From positions 101,471,509-101,535,508 of the forward strand of contig NC_068984.1 in the NCBI RefSeq assembly GCF_001194135.2: a stretch of 64,000 bases of DNA. Reading direction: 5' to 3'. Shown piece by piece: positions 1 through 14,699 of the stretch. The DNA is from Octopus bimaculoides. Taxonomy: Eukaryota. The position numbers were made by a program, and so were the translations under genes. The notes under the pieces are model-generated. The model was not told the origin of the DNA. It worked only from the letters and a program-made list of their open reading frames with translations, and ran no database searches. Positions within the stretch are counted from its first letter, which is position 1; each line of letters starts with the position of its first letter.

Positions 1-190
1 TTACTATTCACCTCTGTCTAAATTCTTCATTTGATTTTTTTGATTTTCCCAACGATGGTAAAGTATGTTGAGCTCATCATGATGTCATTTCTCTGAACAG
101 ATTTTTAAAACATAATGGAGATCAATTCGGTTCATTTGTTTGAGAAAAATGTTTCCCTATTGTTTGGATCTAAAATTTGGTTTCCACCAT

Positions 191-193
191 ATA

Positions 194-230
<37 letters not shown>

Positions 231-470
231 ATGTGTATATATATATATATATGCATGCACACACACACACACACACACATGCATGCACACATATCTATGT
301 GTGTATGTAGTAAAGTTCAAAGTCTGCCACCCTTAACAATGTTTTAAAATATATATACTGTTTGTGTGTATATATGTGTGTGTGTCTGTGTGTGTATATA
401 TATATATATATTATATGTATGTATTATGTATGTTATGTATGTATGTATACACATACACATATATTATATG
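191..470. repeat. Compound (TG)/(TATG)/(TA)/(CA) microsatellites
   Basis: Seen directly. Confidence 0.95.
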
Positions 471-1734
471 CATACCATTTGGCATTTAACAAAAATATAT
501 AAGACAAATGAAAAAACTACAGCAAAAAAAAAATGAACTTGGCTTTTTCTGTTAAATAGCCTGCCATAAAAAAAAATATAAATCATAGCAGAAAAAAAGA
601 AAAATATGGAAACAAATCAGAAACCAAAGCAAAAAAAAAAATTTTATTAACATAAGAAAGAAAAAAAAAAACTAAAGTGGTATTTCATATATATATATAG
701 TGACCAAAATTTGTACAAAATTCAAATTGTAAGATTTTAGACATTATTTTTTAAATAGTTATCTAAATTTTTTTTTTTTTTGTTTGATCATTTTTGTGGG
801 TTTCTTTTTCCTAATCTTGCATTATTCATCTTTGAGCTATATTATTTGGTCTTGGATGATCTTTTCTTGTCCTCCCCTCCACCTGACCTCACCTCATTCC
901 GTTTAAGTAACAAACTCCAGGTCCAACACCAGCCCTCTCCCCTGTTTCTTTTTTTTCCTCTTTGTAATCCTTGTTGAGAAAACATTTTAACTTGAGATCA
1001 ATGTATCGTGCTTTTAGTTTAATTTCTTTTCTTTTTCTATTCTTGACATTTTTTGGCCTCCTTTCTTTTGAAATAACTTCTGTTTTTGTGTTGTTTCTTT
1101 GTTTTCTTCAAATTTTACAATTACAAGACTTTATAATTTATTTTAATGACTGATGTACACATACAGACACTTAGACGTGTGTATGTATGTATGTATATAT
1201 GTGCATACACACGCACGCACATACATATACATACAATACATTTCTTGAAAATTTAATGCTTTTTAATGGTGTTTTCCCCCCCTCAAACGTATACAGTCAC
1301 TTAATATCATACACTCTTTGACTGACATGTACATGATAACCTACTCTAACTGGTGGTGGTGGTGGTGGTTCCAGTTGTAAAAGTTGTATGCATGCTGGCA
1401 GACATGATAAAGGTGATTATTATTGTTAAAGTTGTCTATAGATCACATGCCAGCACTACCACCATGTGCAGTCTTTGAGAATTTTTGACTTCTCCTCAGC
1501 TTTGTCCCCTCTGAGTTATTTCTGTTAATCTATGTATTTTTCCCTGGCCACTGATACTATTAAGATGTTTAATCTCAGCAGAGTTTAGCTTCCTCTTCAC
1601 TTTATATTTTGAATATTTTGTGTGTGTGCGTGTGTAGATATATGGCTGAGTGAGATTTTAATTGTTTTTATATCTATGTAACAGATGTTTCAATGTATTA
1701 CTATAGTTTGTGTCCCTTTTTGTATTGTTGTTGT

Positions 1735-1915
1735 TTAGGCCCAGGTCAGCCCTGAATTAGCAGACATGTCCATTCTGTCTTATCCAGACAGTGTTTAGAG
1801 GACAACATTGCCCAATGTGTCTGTTTCTTGTTTAGCAGACTGTGGTTTGAGGGAGATTTGGCTGCTATTTCTGGCAGGTTTGAGTGACCATGTAGCGGCT
1901 CCTTCATTGGATTGT
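1735..1915 (+). repeat. Dispersed repeat family E; copies near 5105-5273, 11295-11480, 17875-18012 (-), 19715-19830
   Basis: Shared GAGATTTGGCTGCTATTTCT(G/A)GCA..GACCA motif. Confidence 0.6.
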
Positions 1916-4335
1916 CTTCATGTTTGTTGATCCTTTATCGAAGTAGTTTTAACATATCATTTTTGTGGTGTTTCAGTTTTGAGTTGATTGTTAGGTTTCT
2001 TGTTGGTTGTATTCTCCCATAGTTTCTTGTCAGAGAAAGAAGAGCAGAATGGATGTTTATTTATTTATTTATGTATTTTTTTTTTCTTATTGTTTACATT
2101 TCTTTCTGATGTTCTACTCCAGGAAGGAATGATGCAGTACAAACAATTAAACTTATAAATATTTTATCTCACTGCACTCAACTCTTGTGTCCCTCCAAAA
2201 GAGAGAGTTGGCTAGAGATATATGTATAGACCTCAGTTTTCGTCTATTGAAAAAAAAGATGTGACAGGATTTCCTCATTTCACACACACACACATATATG
2301 TATGTCTGTATGTACAGGCATAGATAGATATTTGCATATATAACCTAAATGTGTGTCTCAGTGCCAATTTAGTTTTTCTTATTGTTGAAAGGAAGTTCCA
2401 TATATATATACATATATATATATATCTCATCTTGAACATTAGTTACTATATTGCTTCTATAACTCATTATTCCCATCACTTACTCCTACATAACATTAAT
2501 GAAACTTCCATCTTTTTATCATTCTCTCAAATTTTCTACTCCCCACCTGTAAAAAGACACAAAAAAAGAACAATGCAGTCTTCATTTAAAAAAAAATAGA
2601 TTAAATATAATAGAGTAAGTGTGAGAGAGGGAGAGAGAGAAAGAGAACAATTTGCTGTATATTCACTTTATATCGGCCATTTATAATCACAGCAGGCCAA
2701 CAAAGTTTATGTTGTGTCCACCTCCTTGCTGAAGTATTGACTTCCACTTAAACTGAATTGTGTCCATAATCAAACCATGTAACATCTCTCACTAGCTCTT
2801 TTCACATAGCTTCTATTAACCCTATAGCTTAAAGTGTGAAGTTAAGTCTGCAGAAATATAGGGATGCTTACCTCTTAATCTCATCATCCATTCTTTTGTT
2901 GTTATATGTTTCTATTGGTGCCCCTTGAAAGAACTACTGGGTTACTTCACCAAATATTTCACTACTTCTCGTAGCTATTAACATATAAACTTCTATTTTT
3001 CTCCTTATATTTTGGTTGAAATTCCTACTCGTATTATTTCTGCTAAAATTCTTCTTTCTATGTTGTATTCCACTCATCCTTAATACTCATTTAGTTAAGT
3101 GGGTTTCTATTAAATTTTTAAGAATATGTCTATCTTCTATATTGTATCTCCTTTCTCATTCATTTGAAGCAGTTTCTAGTTTTCTCTTTACATGTGTAAA
3201 TATTTTATCACATTCAATCTCACCAACCTTGGTGGACTTGCATAGGGCATGAATACTGTCTGTCTCTCTCTCTCTCTCAAAAATATACTTGTGTGTGTAT
3301 TGATGTTCTTGTGGAAACATTACATTTTGAATAATGGGAGAGAAAGATTGAAGTAAAAAACAGGAAGGTAACTGCTTTAACTGTTGGCCAAAAATTGAAC
3401 ATTGATACTGCTGAGGGTCAGAGGTTATTGCATTGGTTTTGGTTTCACTTGAATTAAACTTACATTTGTGTGTATCCAAACTGAGCCTGGCTCTACATTA
3501 CACCACACACCATAATTTTGTATAATATATATTCTAAGCAATATATATTATTTAATTCATCTAATCTAGTTGTCTGTTACTGTGGAGTTTCACAGATGCC
3601 TATCTGGTTCATCACATAACTTATACAGCTTATTCTGTTCATTGAGTCAACTAGGTATTGGAGATCCTCCGGAGTACTGGACAATGGATCAACTGAATTG
3701 TGTAATTATACTCAACCATGGTATTGAGTGCTTTCCTCCTCTTTTTTTAACACCAGCAGATGAATATGTGTGTGTGTGTGTGTACCATTGGCCTGTTACT
3801 CTGAAGTTTCCACAATGTACTGCCACTTCTTCAGACAAGTTAGACAGGTCATGGGATTTCGTTTGCAATTATTTCCACTTTCAAAATAGATTGAAAGACA
3901 AATGAAAGAGAACTCCATACTTACGTACAGTACATTTTTAGTGTGTACTTAGTTCAGACTGCTTTGCATTTCATTATTCATTTCTAGGGGTAATCCTGAG
4001 ATGAGGGTGGGTGGCTGGTGGCAATAACACAGGCATGATTAGTCTGTAGAACAGTAATGTGTGTGTTTATTTTGGTTTAAATAAGATTATGTAAAGTATA
4101 TGTGGTTATGCTTGTTTGTTATACATACATAGTGGTCTAGATAAGATAATTGTCTGAGTTGAATTATTTTGTGGTAGTTCTTAATAGCATGTCTCTCTCT
4201 CAACTAATTAATTCATTAACATGTTTAAGTGATCTGTAGAAATTATGTCGGATAAGAAGTACCCCCAACATTTATGCCTATGTAACATAACTAAGTTGCT
4301 GATTTTCTTTTATTATTAATATTTAGCTAGCATAG

Positions 4336-4482
4336 AGTGGCGAGCTGGCAGAATTGTTAGCACACGGTAAAATGCTTAGCGATATTTCATCCATCTTGAC
4401 ATTCTGGGTTCATATGCCACTGAAGTCAATGTAACTGACTTAGCCCCTCCCCGAAATTGCTGGCCTTGTGCCAAAATTTTTA
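4336..4482 (+). mobile_element. SINE family A copy with internal deletion
   Basis: GGCGAGCTGGCAGAATTGTTAGCAC..CTTGTGCCAAAA. Confidence 0.75.
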
Positions 4483-7400
4483 ATAAATACTTAGCTAGTA
4501 TATTAAATTTCTTTTTAATGGTTGAGAAAAATAATATAGAATCCTGAACATGATTATTTCTATTGCCACACATTTCCTTCTCTTTTACAGTTTATCGCAA
4601 TCTTATAATTTAATGATGGAGAATCTTTTAGTTCTAGAATGAAGTGCAGTAGAGTTTAGCCCTCTCTGTTCCAAGTTCAAAGTCAACTTTGCCTTTCATC
4701 CTTCTGGGCTCAATTTAATATTTCTGTAAAACATGTGAATAGTATTATAATGGAAGTCAAACACATAGGTGATAATCTGACACAGTTAACAGGCTTTTTT
4801 CTGGAAAAGTAGTGATTACTGTTGTTATTTTTAGCAAGTTCTCTATATTAGTCAGTATTGTTGAAATAGGTAATTTATAGACAATGAGGTGGTCATTATA
4901 TATAATAGGGTTTTTAGTGTGGTTACTAAACTTTCGATGTCCTCACCTGTTAGGTTTTCGCATTTTTCTTCAATGTCCAACACTTAATGTTGGTGTCATC
5001 CAATATGTGATACTAGGATATTAACTAAATACTAAAGCTATAATATTTCCTGTTGACCTTATGAAAATATATCCTTTAGATATGCTTATGTATTAGCTAC
5101 ATGTTACCCCTGGTCAAGCAGATTTATGATCAAAAGCTTTCCAGCTCACTACCAGCCTGCCTTTTTCTTCAAACAGCTATATTGGGGATTATATTTTCCA
5201 CTGTCCCCTCCCTGTTTTAAGACAGTAGGGTATGATTTAAGAGTGGTTTAGCAGCTGTTTCCAACAGGTCTAATCACTATATAAAGTTCCCTCAGTTCAC
5301 ACATATTCATCATATTATTTTTTATTATGTATATGTTAGGTACAGGCATGGCCATGTGGTTAAAACGCTCACTTTAGAACTTCATACTGTTCTGGGTTCA
5401 ATCCTATTGCATGGTCAACCATCTTTTGCTGTAACCTTAGGCTGAGCAATAGTTTGTGAGTAGAATTGGTAGCTTGTCATGTGTATATGTAAATAAATAT
5501 ATATATATATATATGTGCGTGTTGCTTAGGCATTGCAAGACCAACAGCCTGGTGTAGAACTCAATATATGTATGTTTGAGAATGAAGTGTTGGCTGAGTG
5601 TTGAGTGGTAATAAGAGAGAGGGATGACAAAGGAACCTCATTAGCTTATAGCTGTTTCTACTATAAGATGCAGTGGACTCAATGCTGAATGCCTGAATAA
5701 CACCTTATAGCTTCATTGGAGCCTTGATTATGAAGTCATACATTATATAGATATAGATATATATATGAAGTTTTTGCTCTTTCTTTTCTAGGCAGCAAGT
5801 AGAGCATTGGTAATGTCACACATGACTTGCAGTCATCTTGTCTATTGCTTGAACAGCTACAGCTGATTCCATGGAAGATTGCTGTATTCAAATTGCTTGG
5901 GTACTAGCATGAAACCATGGCATGGAGGAAGTAGCTACAGGTACTAAGTAATATATATTACGTGTGTATCTGGATTTATGTTTATTGGTAGTGGGTCAAA
6001 CGTATAGTTTAATGATACTCAATGTAAATACTGAGTTCAATAAGATCGATGAGAGAAGTCCTTTAGGCTGGTGCCCTGTATGGCTACAGCATAATGACCA
6101 ACTACTAAGACAAATTAAGTGTAGTTCACCTAACTGTAAATAGATAGATCTTTGCTGTAAATAGGAGGAACACTGCTTAAACAGACGAGTCATTTTTACC
6201 AGCTTACTATAAGGCTGAACTCAAATGTTTTCCTATTGGCTATATATTGGCAAAGCTTCTACTTTAATTCTGCTCAGTCTATTCTATGAATGCGCATGTT
6301 GTATTTGTTACTGTACACACACACATGTGGTCATTTCACTCATTCCATCTGTTAAGATATGTAAATTAGTAATGATAATAATGATAATATGGAAATAACC
6401 ATTATAGTTGTGTTTTTGATAAAAAAATTTTATGAATGTTTTGTGATATGGACTTATGAGATGTTAGCTGGTACCATCTAAAACTAACAGTCAAAAACCA
6501 CTTCACTCTCCATGATAATCTACTTCACAATCTACAATTGTGGTCAACCTCTGTTAACATCAGAAACACACCATTAACAATTCTCTATACAACATATACA
6601 AATCATTACATTAAAAAAAAAAAAAATTTTTTTCTTCTTCCTTCTGTATCTCTAATTATCTTTTGATGAATAATCAAAACGAAGTATTTCATAATCTCAT
6701 TGCATTCAGTTCCTAATTTCTGGACAATTTTTATAATTCATTACCTCTACTTCACGTCCCCATCCCCACCCTCTCCCTCTAATGATGCTATCAAATATCA
6801 TAATAAAAAAAAAAAATGTTTGATTGATGAGCTGAGAAGAAATGAAATGTATTTGTAGTTGCTTGTAGAATTTTGCATGTGTTTGTGAGGGAGTAAGAGA
6901 GAGATATTTCAAGCTACAGCTACTTTTAATAATAATAATAATGATAATATTAATCATCTATGTACAAGTTTAGTCACTTTTTAACCCCCAAAACCCAATT
7001 ATAGTCCTAGAGCTGTGTTGACCTGCACGCTACATAACCTATCAGTTTTATTTCATTTTCATTCTTTTGTTTTTATTTACTGAACCTCCTCTTTCTCTGA
7101 TATTTCTCCCCCTCCTCTTCTTCATAATAATAATAATTATTATTATTATCTCTGTTGTTCGGAATCCTGCCTCCTTTCACACATTATTAGTTAGTGGCAC
7201 CCCAGTTATTCTCCTCCTGTATTGACACTACTATAAAACCTGTACAGATTTTTTTTTTCAGTTCTATTATGCTGGCATATATATATATCTCCTGATTCTT
7301 CATTCTTCTCCATTTTCTATTCATATTTCAAAGAAAACTTAAATATTTATTCTGGTTTCAGAAAACTGATCATTTTGAAATATATTTTATACCAAATTAT

Positions 7401-7487
7401 GAAAAGAAAAAAAAAAGAGAAAAGAAAAAATATCAAAAACCAACAAACTTTAATTATAGTTCTCATTTTGTCATTTAGTTATTAAAA

Positions 7488-7642
7488 TATATACATATAT
7501 ATATATATGCAAATAATGTGTGTGTGTATATATGTACATATATATTATATCTATATATATATATATATATTTATATATAATATATATATATGTCTGTATA
7601 TTATATATATCTATATATTTTACATATATCTATATATATATA
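7488..7642. repeat. Degenerate (TA)n microsatellite
   Basis: Seen directly. Confidence 0.95.
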
Positions 7643-10600
7643 CACCCTGTAATGTTCATTTACTTTTTGGCTCATTAAAAAATATATAATAAAATAAAAA
7701 TAAAAAAAAACTTTTTAAACTTTGTCAATTAGTTTAAAGTGGAATTTTCTGGCAAACTTTGCTATATAATTCTAGATAATATATCTCTATTACATGCATT
7801 CTGAGAGGCATGTTCTTGTTATGTTATCATTCAGAAAACTCAGGCACTTATCTACTCTCTCTCACACACACACACACTTACAGCAAGAGTAGTGTGCTGC
7901 TTTCAAAATTAATGACATAAATAGAAATAAACAAATCTGCTCAAATTCAATTATTTTTTCGCTATTGTTTATTTATTCCCCTCAAAATTTGCCCATTTTT
8001 TAAAAAATTCATTTTCGTTTTTTTTGTAACTCTCTTTTGGCACAGTTATTGGCAAACACTAACCCAGTCAAGAAATAATCTATTCTTTTTTTTGTCTTGT
8101 CAGTTGTAATTAATCTCTTGAACAATTTACTTTAAATGGTTGGTTGCCAATGTATATATTATTATTATTATTATTATTAATTAATTAATTAATTTTAATA
8201 AATTTACATTTTCATATGTTGACACAAACCATCACTCAGGATTGTAAGAAAAATGTTTAAAGAAATTTAATACTTCAAAAATTAAATTATTATTTTCTTC
8301 CTATCAAGAGCAAGACAGTTTGTTCCCTTTTGATTAAATAAATTAAAATTGAGTTTTAAAAAAAAAAACAAATCTTTTATCCTAATCTTCCACTATACAT
8401 GTGTATGATTGCATAAATTTGAAATGAAGCAAAAATATTTCTCATTCTATCCTAATAACAGAATGTTTTTTTTTTCATTTTTGACATTACATATCTAAAA
8501 CTGTATAAATATAAGTTGTCTATATAATATATTTCTTTTCCTTCACTACCAAAAGTGCCTTCTTGAAAAAACATCAACATTTTAAATGTAGAAAATTCCT
8601 TGAAGTATTTCTTTAGAAGGAAGAAGAATCATATATTTTATCTCCTAGTTATTCATCAGTGTGTGTATGTACATGTGTGTGTGTGTGTATATTTATCATA
8701 TAGGTCTTATTTTCATCTTTATATCTATATAGGGTGCTCATATCCTTTCTCAATGTCTTGCAAATAACTAAATCCAATGTAAACTACCATCCCACTAATT
8801 ATTCTTTTGAATTAATCTTACTCTTTCTTCACCTTCTACTCCTCTTTTGTTTTCTACAATATGATGTCACACAGTTTTTACCATTTCCCATCAGTCTGTG
8901 ACACTAACTCTCTCCTATTTTCTATCTTCACATCTTTGAAATAGTTTATTGTAACCTTCCTGCTTGCAAAATACTAAGTTGTTGACTGTGGAACTGACAT
9001 TCAAGAACTAAATCCCTCCATATTTTGCGACACATCTATCTCAGGGAAATTTCTAAAGATCATGTCTTCTTCCATGTATCTTTCTAGAAAAACAAAAAAA
9101 GAGCCACAATTATTTAATTCTAGTTCTTTATGTTTCACTGCCAATCTTGAAGTGGATAGTTGAACTAATAACCTCTATCACTATTATTTCCCCCAACCTC
9201 CATCCATCTTTCTATTATTCCATTTTGCTATCATATCTAAAATTCGTTTCCGGAAATTTCTCTCCTCTCCATTATTATTTTCAATGAATCTTCATATGAA
9301 CCAATGTATTAGTACCTTGGCAAGAATATCACTTTGGAATGTATCTCTTTTAATATTCTGAGTTCAAATCCTGCTTTGGTTGACTTTACTTTTCATCCTT
9401 CCAGGAATGATAAAAGAAATACAGAGATCAAACTGAAAAATTATGCCCCCCTCCTCCTTTCTCCACAAAAAAGAGAAAAAATAAAAGTAAAATATTGAGA
9501 CTTTGCACTCGTGTCAGAAGCTATTATGGAGACCTGAGTTCATATCCCACAGCTGCCAGAGTTTATATAAAGAGCAAGCAGTAGATTGGCAGGATCTTAG
9601 AGCATCAGACAAAAATATCCTGCAGCGTTTGTTCTTGCTCTTTACGCTCAGAGTTCACATCTTAATAAGGCCAACTTTGCCTTTCATCCCTCCGGGGGTC
9701 GATAAAGTAAAGTACCAGTAAAGTACTGGGGTCATTTTGACTAACCCTTCCTCCAAATGTTTGATTTTGTGACTATGTTAGATATAATTATTATCATTAC
9801 ATCAGTTAAATTGCAATTATTTTACTATTTTTACTGTTTTTTATTTTAATTTGTGCTTTTGTTGTGTTTGTTGTTTTTTCACACATCTTTTTTTTTAAAG
9901 TTTATATACATATATATATGTTTTTTCTTTAATTTTATGTCAGTATAATTGTTTTGGTGTAACATTTTGTTTTCTTGAGACTGCTTTTCAATAATGAGGC
10001 AACAGAGATTGCTGATGCTTTTAGGTTTCTCTCTGTTCTAAGATCTTAACCCTCAGGTTACTTACAGCATAAGCAGCTTCTCAGAAATCTCATCTATCTT
10101 GCCAGAACTAAATTCAAACTCAAAATCTGACTGTTCAGGAATATTACCAATATTTATGGTAATTTTTGGTAGACTGATTAAAAATGGAAATTGATAATTT
10201 ACATTCCAAGGCTGTTCAAGAGAAATATTTAAGCAATTATTTTGTATTCACAATTACACATACCTTCCTCAGGGTTAAGATTCTTAAACCAGCACACTCA
10301 GAAGTTTTTGTTACTTGCTTATATCTATATATATATAATTTTTTTACTTTCAAGTGTGACTTTTTTCAGTTTTCATTTTTACTGCTTCCTTTTGTTTTCT
10401 TGTAATATATTCTCTCCTAAATCTTTCCACTCATTTTATATAAATACTTGCATATTTGCATATATAAATGTAGTTATTTCTTTTATTAGAAAGGGACTCG
10501 CTAAAGGTACACTTCAGAATTTTCTCTTACCATAAATAATATGTTTTAGTTAGAGGATGGGGATCTTGAAATTAATTATACAAATTTTCTGTTTATATAT

Positions 10601-12027
10601 ATATATTTATATAATCTGAAGTAAAACAAAAATGGTAGATAAAGCAAGCAATTATATATATAACAAAAGCTTAGTATATTTTTCCAGCTACCCCATGAGT
10701 GAAGACTTTTCACTGCATATTTTTATTTATTCATCTTAAATCAGGACCAGAGACCATTATGGCCTTTCTTACTGCAAGTCAGCCAAAATGATATAGAAAA
10801 TGAAGACTTGTCTTTCATAATATTTATTTTGAAAAAAGTTGTTGGTAATGATATTATTAAGTATCTTCTAATTAATCATAATGAACCTACAAATGTTTTG
10901 CAACTGATTCCCACACTCAGCCCCTCTAGATGTGCACATTGTGATATCCAGCATGTTAGTCAGAATCCAACTTCAGTGGGTTGGCTGTGATCATGACAGA
11001 GCATGCTTTTATGTAAAACTTAGTGTCTGTTGTTTCTATTTTAAAGGTTATTTATTTAAGAGTTTATTAGATATATTTGTGGCTGGCTATTACTTTAAAC
11101 AATCAGATGGAATATTTAGAACTTCCATCACTATTATTTGTAGAACTCACAATGTAGTTGTAGTAATTTTGATAAATGGATAGGCCTTCTGATCTTAAAT
11201 TAACTTATACTTCTAGAGTGATACTGATGACAATTGTTAAGTAACAAGATTGCATTCCATTATTTCAACTGATCAAAATTTATCCGGTGTTGTATAGTCC
11301 TGGGCTAGCCCTATTCTAACATATCTCTGCACTGATAACCCATATATTTTTGTTTCCAGATACCATATAAGACATTATTCACTGCTCTTATTTTAAAATG
11401 GTTGGGATATGATTATGAGGAAAGATTTGGCTGTTATTTCTAGCAATTCTAGTGACCACATATGGGCTACTTTCCTCATTCATAACTTGAGAGATTATAT
11501 GGCTGAAGGAACTCCTAACACTTCTGTTATAAATTGGTTATATTTGGAGACGCTATTGAACATGATGCCTTAACTTTCTGTAACCATATCACTGATGAAA
11601 CACTGCCTACTTGTTTTAATTAATAATTAATAACTTGGCGGGATCTCAGAAAATAAACTCTTTGTTATTAATCTGCTGTTTAGAATATAGAATGTCCTTA
11701 TAAGTTTTTTTAAATTTATATCTAAACATGATGAAGTTTTGGGGATATAGATATGAAAAAGATTACCTTTCACATTTTAAATATGTGAATTTACTATTGT
11801 CAACATTCTTTTGGAAAGAATATTTAATGCAGGTAACTGAAATTGTTAAACTGTCATGAGTTAGTCATCAATTATTTTATTTTGAACAATGAAAAACAAA
11901 AACGATTTTTGTAATATTTCCATCTGTTCAAATCAAGACTGAATTATGTAAAATATAGTTCCAAGTATTTTGTGATAGTTGTATTGAAATATTAATTACT
12001 TAGTATGCGCTATATGAGCAGTAGTTT

Positions 12028-12243
12028 AAGGGCAGCAAGCTAGCAGAATCGTTTAGCATGCCAAGCAAAATGCTTAGCAGCATTTCATCCATTTTTACAT
12101 TCTGAGTTCAAATTCCATCAAGGTTGACTTTGTTTTTATCATTTTGGGGTTGATAAAATGAGTATCATTTGAGCACTGGGGTCGATGTAATCAAATTACT
12201 CCTTCCCCTGAAATTGTTGGCCTTGTGCCAAAATTTAAAACCT
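12028..12243 (+). mobile_element. SINE family A copy, CpG-decayed
   Basis: GCTAGCAGAATCGTTTAGCA..GAGTTCAAATTCC..CTTGTGCCAAAA; tRNA-like head. Confidence 0.8.
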
Positions 12244-12425
12244 ATGTGAGTTAGTAGTTACTGTACTATAACAGTTCCAATAAGGTTTTAGACTAAGATA
12301 TTGTTTGAGAAGGTGGTTGAGGTTCTAAACTATCAGTTAAATCGTGTTTCATTGCATGTCATCATAGTTAGCATCTCTTCAATTCAGTGCTGTTTCTCTG
12401 TGTGTAACTAATCAATGCTGTATAG

Positions 12426-12448
12426 GTGTCAGCACCTATACAAAGATG
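12426..12448 (+). other. Candidate 23-nt micro-exon of an unidentified + strand gene
   Basis: CTAAT branch-like motif, TATAG| acceptor, ATG|GTAAGT donor, followed by a T-rich 183-nt intron. Confidence 0.45.
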
Positions 12449-12631
12449 GTAAGTAAATTATTTCTGAGAATTTCATTAACTTCAGCCAAAATTATTGTTG
12501 AAAATGCATGTTATGCTTTTCATTTTGTGTCTTTTTGTTTTTATTTTACTTCTTTATGCATATGTTTTGTTTTCTTTAGTTTTTAATGCTTTTGTTGCTC
12601 TCTTCATTTTTTTCTTAATGTTTTACTGCAG

Positions 12632-14500
12632 ATGATCGACGTTCTATGTAGATAGATTGTTGTTCTGTAATACTTTGTGTTTGAAATATAGTTTTGGTGC
12701 GATACATGAAGCAGAAATCTTTTCTTGTTTTAGTAAAATGACAACAGAATATCCAAGACATTGTATGTTGTATCTCAAGTCTCAAAATGTGCATAACTTA
12801 ATTGTTTTGATACATCAGCTGTTTATACAAAGATGACCAGCCCTGGATGATGACAATGATGATAGATTTATTTTATAAATTTGCTTTGGGATATTTATAG
12901 TTGGCATCTTCAGATTTTGGAATTATCAAAACTATTACATTATATTTAACTGGACCTCATTCCATCATATCTTTAAAGAATCACCATTCCTATGAGCTGT
13001 CTCACTTGCTGAGATTTTCTGTTAACTTTAATGGAGCTTTTTATACATACATTTTTATAATGCATTGTTTGTATGCTTAGATTGGACGTCTACCCTATGG
13101 CCTTATATAAGAAGAGTTCATAAAATGTTGATCATTGAGGAGTGGGGAGTCTTAATTTTTCGAGCTCTTATTCTTTGACTGAAAGTAAATCTTTAACAGT
13201 GATGGTGTTTCTTTTGTTTCCTACCACAATGAAATATTTGAATTAAATTGACTACCCACAGGCCTGAACTATACTAATGTACAAAATGAGGCATTCACTT
13301 CTATTGAATCTCTAAAATGTCATTAAAAAAAAAGTGACAGACTTTTGTTTGCTAAAAATATCTATTGTAGTACATTGTATTGTTCCTCCAATGAAAATTA
13401 GATCAAGAGAATGATTAGCATTTTTTACTCATCAATAATTTACAAGATTCTTCTGTAGACCTATGTTATTTTTGGAAAGCTGCTGACTTTAATTATCTCC
13501 ACAATGGTAATTGAGCAAGAAAATAATCAGTCTGCTTGCAGATCTGCATTTCGTTATTGCTACAAGATATTTCCAGAAGAAAGTGTTGCTGCTAAATGTA
13601 CTTTACACAATTTCAGTTATAAATTCATTTGACAGCCTCCAAATTATCGAATCATTTCTTAGTATTTGTTAACGTTTGAGGAAAATTTCAGTAAAATGTG
13701 GTAAGTAATAAAGAGAATCATTTTGCCATTTTTGCCATTATCTGTTTCTCAAAGTAGCTCACCACACTTGGTCCGATGTTAAACTATCTGAGACTTTTCT
13801 AGCTAAATGTTTACTGATAATAACATTTTCAAGAATCCTGTTCTTTGTTTTGGCATAAATTGGCATGGTGTTGAACTAGAGATTTATTAACCTCAACGTT
13901 GTTGAAATTGCAGAGTGCCATCAAGGTGTTCAGTGCTGACCTTGGCTTGAAGGTACCATTTTGGAACTGTTCATAAAACGGTAAGGCCCCTGATCAATGA
14001 CTAATACACTACTACTACTACTACAAAAGCTGATATCCTTATTAAGAACATGTTGGAAACAGATGAGAAAGAGAGTTTGCTGCTGCTGCTGCTACCACAC
14101 AAGCCTGCTTTCACAGTTTACACTGAAATCATTAAATTAGTCGATACAGCAACCTGCTGGATAGTGTTAGCCGGATGAAGACTTCAGTATAGCTAGCTTT
14201 ATAGATGTTTAAAGTATACAAGAAGTTATTGCTGTATCTTGTGAAGATAAGAGAAGAAAAACTAAAGTGACAGAGTTTACTTTAAATGAAAAAAAAAAAG
14301 TATTTTCTGATAGTTTCCCACTCATGCAGTGTGTAAAAGTATTACAAGATACCTGTATATAGTGTGATGCAGTGTATTCTTTCACAATGCTCATCTATTT
14401 AATTGGCTATAGGATTCTTGAGGTAAGTTTCTTTTTATTTCTACTCGGCCTTTTTTCCCATCCTCCCCACTCGGTTTGTATGTTAATAAAATAATTACCT
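12632..14500 (+). other. Candidate terminal exon / 3' UTR of an unidentified + strand gene
   Basis: Strong pyrimidine tract TTTTTTTCTTAATGTTTTACTGCAG|, stops in all frames within 24 nt, AATAAA at 14485-14490 where CpG depletion ends; the 3' end is uncertain. Confidence 0.3.
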
Positions 14501-14699
14501 TTCGAAATGGTCTTGTGTGTTAGTTTATATCAACTGAAATACTTTTAATTTCAGCGTTTTTGAGGAAAAAGAAATATAAGAGGTTTGAATATTGTAAGAT
14601 AATGAAGTAAAAAAATAGATTATGAAGAAGAACTTTTTTAGTTTTAGTGGAATAGCTTGTATTTGACGCGAATGCTGGTCTGTTTTAGCTACTCACTTT

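Noticed and set aside
115-7689. Short ORFs rich in CV/YI/TH repeats (115-336, 132-320, 7507-7689; likewise 20383-20682, 41358-41924, 51081-51634)
   Set aside because: Translations of (TG)n, (TA)n and (CA)n microsatellites and SINE bodies
9000-9085. Minus-strand acceptor followed by RYMEEDMIFRNFPEIDVSQNMEGFSS*
   Set aside because: No supporting upstream exon, unrecognised peptide, and strand skew favours + strand transcription
10745-11183. Open + strand frames DQRPLWPFLL... and GYLFKSLLDIF...
   Set aside because: No convincing donor/acceptor pairing with neighbours and no recognisable family
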